This document shows positions 58,210 to 64,000 of a stretch of 64,000 nt of DNA, piece after piece. Every line of letters starts with the position of its first letter. Within the stretch, counting starts at the first letter, position 1. A program made the translations under genes and the position numbers. Origin of the DNA: Macrostomum hystrix (Eukaryota > Animalia > Platyhelminthes); assembly GCA_950097015.1 (NCBI GenBank), contig CATNEN010000029.1:3968001-4032000 (forward strand). The letters run 5' to 3'. The notes under the pieces are model-generated. The model ran no database searches and was not told the origin of the DNA. It saw only the letters and a program-made list of their open reading frames with translations.

Positions 58210-60649
58210 AAACGGTGGAAACACCGGCGGGTAGGTTAGCGGCGAGCTGCTGATGGAGTGCTGTTGATGCGGTAGGACACCCGCCATCGCTGCCATTGCC
58301 GCAGCAACGGCCGCAGCCGTCGGCGCAGTCGACACCGCGGCTAATCCGGTTGGCGACTCCGGCGACTTGGCCAGATTCTGCGACGGTGTCGGGGGCGAGC
58401 GCTGTTTGGCCGGGCGCGGCTGTCCGAGCTTGTCGTCTCTCGCACCGTCTCTTGGCGGGCTCGCAGCCCGCTTCAGCGTCGGTGCGCCGCTGTCGAAGGC
58501 CGATGTCGGCCGACTGCCGCCGCCGTTGGAGCGTCGGCTAGTTGACCAAGAGCCGGCTGTCGCCATGTGGTGCGGCTTGGAGTCTGAGGCCGCCTCAGCC
58601 GCTGCGTCGACGCAGCCGGGGCCGTTGACGTTGCCGCGGCCGATGCTGTCGCAGGTCTTGACTAGGAGAGCCAGCGGGCTCTGCTTCGGATCAGTCTGCG
58701 AAAATTGGGAAAAAACTTGAAAATTAAAAATTCTATGGATCTTTCTCGTTTCAATTTCTTGACTTTTTGCACAGAATATTCTTTTCCCCAAGAGTTGGAA
58801 TCTTCCCGTTTTGCATTTGCTTCTGCGGTGAGACACAATGGAACTGGGAATCCGCTGAAGAGGTTTCTTAGAATTGCCCGACTTGAAGAAAATATGAATT
58901 TTTTAGGCGGCGTTTATTTTCGCGGAGACAACAAAAGCTGTCGAGAGTGGCTTCAGAAAAGAAGAATGGGAGTCGAAGAGGAATGAGTGGGGATCTCGAG
59001 TAGGGATATTTCTCTCCCCTACTATACTTGAAAAATGGGATCCATGAGGTGGGTTGGGATGAGATTATTCCCAAACGCGATCTCATTGCGGTTGGAGAGT
59101 CTGTGTGTGTGCGCGCAGCTCCGAAAAAAAGTTTATGACTCGAGCCGATAAATCAACGGTCTCCTGCTCAAACTGAAACGCCTTTCTCAATCATGCTCAC
59201 ATTATTTATATTGCCCGCTTATAGAGGCTGCTTAGGTGGGGACCCGGGGCTCATTGTCCCAGACAAGCAGCAGCAGCAGCAGCAGCAGGGACTGTGATTG
59301 ATGGGGGCCTGTCAGCTCGCACGCCAAGGTCCAACCCAATCAGAGTGAATAACAAATCTCATCCTTTATTTTTAATTCTTATCCACAGGTTGACTAAGGT
59401 TAATTTTTTGTTTCAGTGTGCGGTTGTGTTTCTACCAAATAGGTATATAGTAATTGCTCCTTTGAAATCTGTCTGTAAAGCAGTTTTCTTTGGCTGGAAA
59501 ATTTATAATACTGATTGCCTGGCCAAACTATTGATCATCTATCTTTTAAGATGGAGTGAAACGGTCGGCCCCGGGACCTAGGCCCGCAATGATTAATGAC
59601 CTTGTCTTTTGACGGGGCCGACTAATCAATAATTCCCCTTTCCCAACGCTCTATAGCAGAATCTAGCTCTCCCACATCAACTTTTGATCCTCGTCCACTG
59701 CGTCCTTTCCAATATACCAATTTCTTCCCATTTTTTCTTATTCCCCCCCCCGAGTCACTACTCAATTTATGACAATTTTTCTCCGCTCATAGGTTCTTGG
59801 TTGCTTTTACCAGGAACTTTGCTGGGAACCCAGGAACAGTTAGATTAGAATTTGAAGAAGAAGAATATTATTTTTAAATCAATAGTGAACTAGATTATGC
59901 AATCAAGCAGTTGGCAAGGCAGCCAGCCCAAATGTGACTAGAAGCAGAAGATGATGATTATTGAGGGCGCGGGAAACAGGCAAAAAAACTGAACTGACAA
60001 TTCATTCTGAAATAAATTTCGCGAGCACGCACACAGGCAGACACGTCACTCAAAGGCAAAAAAACTGGCAGCAGCATCGCCCCTTCCCCTGCCCTGACAC
60101 CTGGGCTCGCTTAATCAGCTATTAGCGAAATCCCATCTTATATATATAAAGGCGGGCGGGAAGGATGGGAACGAGGATGTCAATCAAATAGCGCCAATGC
60201 CCTGTGTGTGTGTTTACCGACAAGCCCAAAGCCGTGTCCTTCTCCTTTGGGACAGCAGAGGCGCAGCTTGGAGGCTTTCGGCTTGATGGGAATAAGACAG
60301 ACGGGGCCTTAGATGGACAGGAGCAAGCGGATCTGTCATTCTCTCAACTATGCACTGGTTTGATTGGGCAGTGACAGTTTCTACCCGTTCTCCCCCGGCT
60401 GCTTCACCTCTGCTTCTCCCAAGATGTTGGAGCCTCATTGACCCCGTGATATTATAGTATATGCATATTACTAATACGATTATAATTTTTGAACTTTGAG
60501 CACGTGGTGACACTCACCAAACCAGTTGGCTCTTCTAAATAGTCCGGGTGCAGATACTGGCTGCGCTGCTGCTGCTGCTGCTGTTGCTGTTGATTCTTTG
60601 TCCCAATGGGTAGACCTGGCTTAGTCTTCACTGGACTAACGCTGGACAT
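57505..60649 (-). CDS. ZNF503: NET-family zinc-finger protein (NocA/elbow/TLP-1; ZNF503/ZNF703-like), 2 exons, ~440 aa
   Basis: Exon 1 60649-60518 (MSSVSP...QYLHPDYLEEPTGL, donor TTG|GTGAGT); exon 2 58695-57505 (acceptor TTTTCGCAG|ACT). Sp motif KQSPLALLVKTCDSIG directly after the intron, as in ZNF503; btd-like box CACPHC; a single C2H2 finger; C-terminal RYHPY. Confidence 0.88.
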
Positions 60650-60729
60650 TTTCAAATAATAGTCTTCTTCTTCTGCTTTTCTGCTTCTAAAGATTGTTGA
60701 TAATAAAACTGTTGCGGTAGATTCCGTCA

Positions 60730-60920
60730 GTCGTGGATGATTAAACGAAAGCCAACCGGAGATTTCCTTATAGCTTCAAAAAGCGTCATTTGATATATAT
60801 TATGCCACATGACAGGGGCTGGGGTGGGCCTGTCACAGCCCGTGAGTGGAGGCCACCCAGCCAATGAGAAGCAGTCACAGGGCCCTGCTTCAGGGGTGGA
60901 GTTATGCTCGCATTGGCTCT
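60730..60920 (-). promoter_or_regulatory. Candidate core promoter of the NET gene
   Basis: TATA-like CTATAAGG on the minus strand (60766-60773) and TATATA (~60794-60800); CCAAT motifs near 60861 (+) and 60911-60917 (-); GA-repeat tracts further upstream (~61015, ~61280, ~61420). Confidence 0.3.
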
Positions 60921-61961
60921 AGTCAACATCTCTCCTAGATCCTATGGCACATCGCACAAGCGGTGTTAGTCCTGCCTGCCTTAGTCCACAAATTATTTTC
61001 AATCATCATCATCTATCTCTCTCTCTCTGCCTGGTCCGCGTTACTGCAGTCTATACACTGGCGATACGCGATTCAACACTAGCAGAAGAAATCTAATGCC
61101 AGCGGCATCAAAGCAGAATTTGCCGCCAATAGGCTCAGCCGTCTAACTAATGCAAGAAATTTAGATTGACAGGGCAGAGCCGCATATGTCAATACTGAGA
61201 ATGAATGAAAGGAATGAAGTGAAGCCCTGCTTGATGATGTTCCACCAACCCCCGCCTGCGCTAAACCCGCGTGCAGAAACAGAGAGAGAGGGGAGAGGAC
61301 CTGCCAATCATTCCCGCTCTCGAGAGGCGATAAACGCGTTGCCGGAGGTGGCCCAAACCCCACCCGACCTAACCGCCCCCCCTCCTTTGGATTCAGAAAG
61401 ACCCTGCCGAGTGGCGGGGAGAGAGAGAGAGAGTGACAGGCGCTGCCATTGTCCCAGCCCTCCCTATGCGTGACACACACAGAGAAACTCCCCCCCTCTA
61501 CCGCCTGGCCATGTGGAGAGCTTGATTGACAGCTGTCGGCTAGATCAAAAGCTGCGGATAGGGGGGCCGCATGCGTTTCTCTCAGTCTGCCTGTCTGTCT
61601 CTGGCTCACTTCAACCTCTCCACCCGCCAAGGCCACAGCGCCCACCGCCCTCAGGCCGCATTCTAAAGCCCGACCGAAGTCGCAAAGCAGAGACGAGAGG
61701 GAAATTGAAAGGCAGAAAAGGCCGCGATAGAAGGACCTGCGCAGTGCAGTGTCTGTTCTGTGCCTGCCTCTGTCTGTCTAACTAACCTGGCTTATAGTCC
61801 CCTCTGTTTCCTGCATTCTTTGCGTCTCACAAACATGCCCCAAACTGGGACTGCTCCTATGCCTACCTACCTTGGCCTGTCAATGTCTTCCCAGCTGATA
61901 TAGCAACTCCTATAATAAGAGTGAAGTTTGCCTGCATTTTGGTTGCGATAAAAGGACAGCA

Positions 61962-63637
61962 GCGATTCTCATGTGGCTTTGAGTTGCCATTCTCATGTGG
62001 CTTTGAGATGCCATTCTCATGTGGCTTTGAGATGCGATTCTCATGTGGCTTTGCGATGCCATTCTCATGTGGCTTTGAGATGCCATTCTCATGTGGCTTT
62101 GAGATGCCATTCTCATGTGGCTTTGAGATGCCATTCTCATGTGGCTTTGAGATGCGATTCTCATGTGGCTTTGCGATGCCATTCTCATGTGGCTTTGAGA
62201 TGCCATTCTCATGTGGCTTTGAGATGCCATTCTCATGTGGCTTTGAGATGCCATTCTCATGTGGCTTTGAGATGCGATTCTCATGTGACTATGAGATGCG
62301 ATTCTCATGTAACTGTGAGATGCGATTCTCATGTGGCTTTGAGATGCGATTCTCATGTGGCTTTGAGATGCGATTCTCATGTGGCTTTGCGATGCGATTC
62401 TCATGTGGCTTTGAGATGCGATTCTCATGTGGCTTTGAGATGCCATTCTCATGTGGTTTTGAGATGCCATTCTCATGTGGCTTTGCGATGCGATTCTCAT
62501 GTGGCTTTGAGATGCCATTCTCATGTGGCTTTGCGATGCGATTCTCATGAGGCTTTGAGATGCCATTCTCATGTGGCTTTGAGATGCCATTCTCATGTGG
62601 TTTTGAGATGCCATTCTCATGTGGCTTTGAGATGCGATTCTCATGTGGCTTTGAGATGCGATTCTCATGAGGCTTTGAGATGCCATTCTCATGTGGCTTT
62701 GAGATGCGATTCTCATGTGGCTTTGAGATGCGATTCTCATGTGGCTTTGAGATGCCATTCTCATGTGGCTTTGAGATGCCATTCTCATGTGACTGTGAGA
62801 TGCGATTCTCATGTGGCTTTGAGATGCCATTCTCATGTGGCTTTGAGATGCCATTCTCATGTGGCTTTGAGATGCCATTCTCATGTGGCTTTGAGATGCG
62901 ATTCTCATGTGGCTTTGAGATGCGATTCTCATGTGGCTTTGAGATGCCATTCTCATGTGGCTTTGAGATGCGATTCTCATGTGGCTTTGAGATGCCATTC
63001 TCATGTGGCTTTGAGATGCCATTCTCATGTGGCTTTGAGATGCCATTCTCATGTGGCTTTGAGATGCCATTCTCATGTGGCTTTGAGATGCCATTCTCAT
63101 GTGGCTTTGAGATGCCATTCTCATGTGGCTTTGAGATGCCATTCTCATGTGGCTTTGAGATGCGATTCTCATGTGGCTTTGCGATGCCATTCTCATGTGG
63201 CTTTGAGATGCCATTCTCATGTGGCTTTGAGATGCGATTCTCATGTGGCTGTGAGATGCGATTCTCATGTGACTGTGAGATGCCATTCTCATGTGGCTTT
63301 GAGATGCCATTCTCATGTGGCTTTGAGATGCCATTCTCATGTGGCTTTGAGATGCGATTCTCATGTGGCTGTGAGATGCGATTCTCATGTGACTGTGAGA
63401 TGCCATTCTCATGTGGCTTTGAGATGCCATTCTCATGTGGCTTTGAGATGCCATTCTCATGTGGCTTTGAGATGCCATTCTCATGTGACTATGAGATGCG
63501 ATTCTCATGAGACTGTGAGATGCGATTCTCATGAGACTGTGAGAAGCGATTCTCATGTGACTGTGAGAAACGATTCTCATGTGACTGTGAGATGCGATTC
63601 TCATGTGACTGTGAGAAGCGATTCTCATGAGACTGTG
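61962..63637. repeat. Minisatellite, 24-bp unit ATTCTCATGTGGCTTTGAGATGC(C/G), ~70 copies
   Basis: Direct reading; stop-free in several frames, which explains the MRMASQSH, ALRCHSHV and FSCGFEMP ORFs. Confidence 0.97.
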
Positions 63638-64000
63638 GGATGAGAAAGAGCCGAAAATCCTCAAAGGTTGCATGAGGAATGCTGCTGGGACAGGGGTGGG
63701 AAATAAGACAACTGATCTATTCTAGTAATGTTGAGCACGCGAGAGCGAGTGGGTGGCTTTACACAGAGTGCGGCATGTTTGAGTGGGGCTAGAAAAAATT
63801 TTGTCCAGGACAAAGAATAGATTCTTCCTCACGACCAGAATTGTCTATTCCTGACGGAAAGAATAGACTTTTTTGTCGCCGATATGTGTGACAAGTTTTT
63901 GTCAGATCCTACAGATCCCCTGTTCCCATTGTCTTGTCTGGCTGCATGGGATGAGGTCGCGGCCGTGTGAAGGCTTTGTGTTTGTTGTCAGGCGAGCCGC

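Noticed and set aside
58696-58836. N-terminal part of ORF 57505..58836 as coding
   Set aside because: It is intronic read-through; the real first exon is 60649-60518, carrying LHPDYL.
61910-63673. 587, 556 and 276-aa ORFs (MRMASQSH, ALRCHSHV, FSCGFEMP)
   Set aside because: A 24-bp stop-free satellite, open in several frames on both strands.

Overview
Eukaryotic (animal) genomic DNA. I infer a Macrostomum-like free-living flatworm from GC-rich, polyQ/polyA-rich coding exons set among extremely abundant minisatellites; the organism cannot be proven from sequence. Five complete genes can be reconstructed by hand: intronless RPS6 (-), 4-exon CEP104 (-), an R3H/SUZ protein of the R3HDM/ARPP21/Encore type (+), a 9-exon synaptotagmin-like Rab effector of the Slp4/5/bitesize type (+), and a 2-exon NET-family zinc-finger gene of the NocA/elbow/ZNF503 type (-). 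A hidden first coding exon of a Polycomb-type chromobox gene (-) lies near the left edge. About 40% of the window (roughly 26 kb, my estimate) is 22 distinct minisatellite arrays with 16-65 bp units. Almost every Slp intron is filled by its own array. Many arrays share a TGA(C/G)A core, unit lengths cluster at 21-24 and 33-36 bp, and several arrays occur as related pairs. Also present: four copies of a tRNA-headed SINE with a MIR/CORE-like domain, a decayed hAT transposase and an internally deleted Merlin (IS1595-like) transposase. There is no CRISPR array, and the long repetitive ORFs in the track are repeat artefacts. Repeat boundaries and copy numbers are approximate hand estimates.
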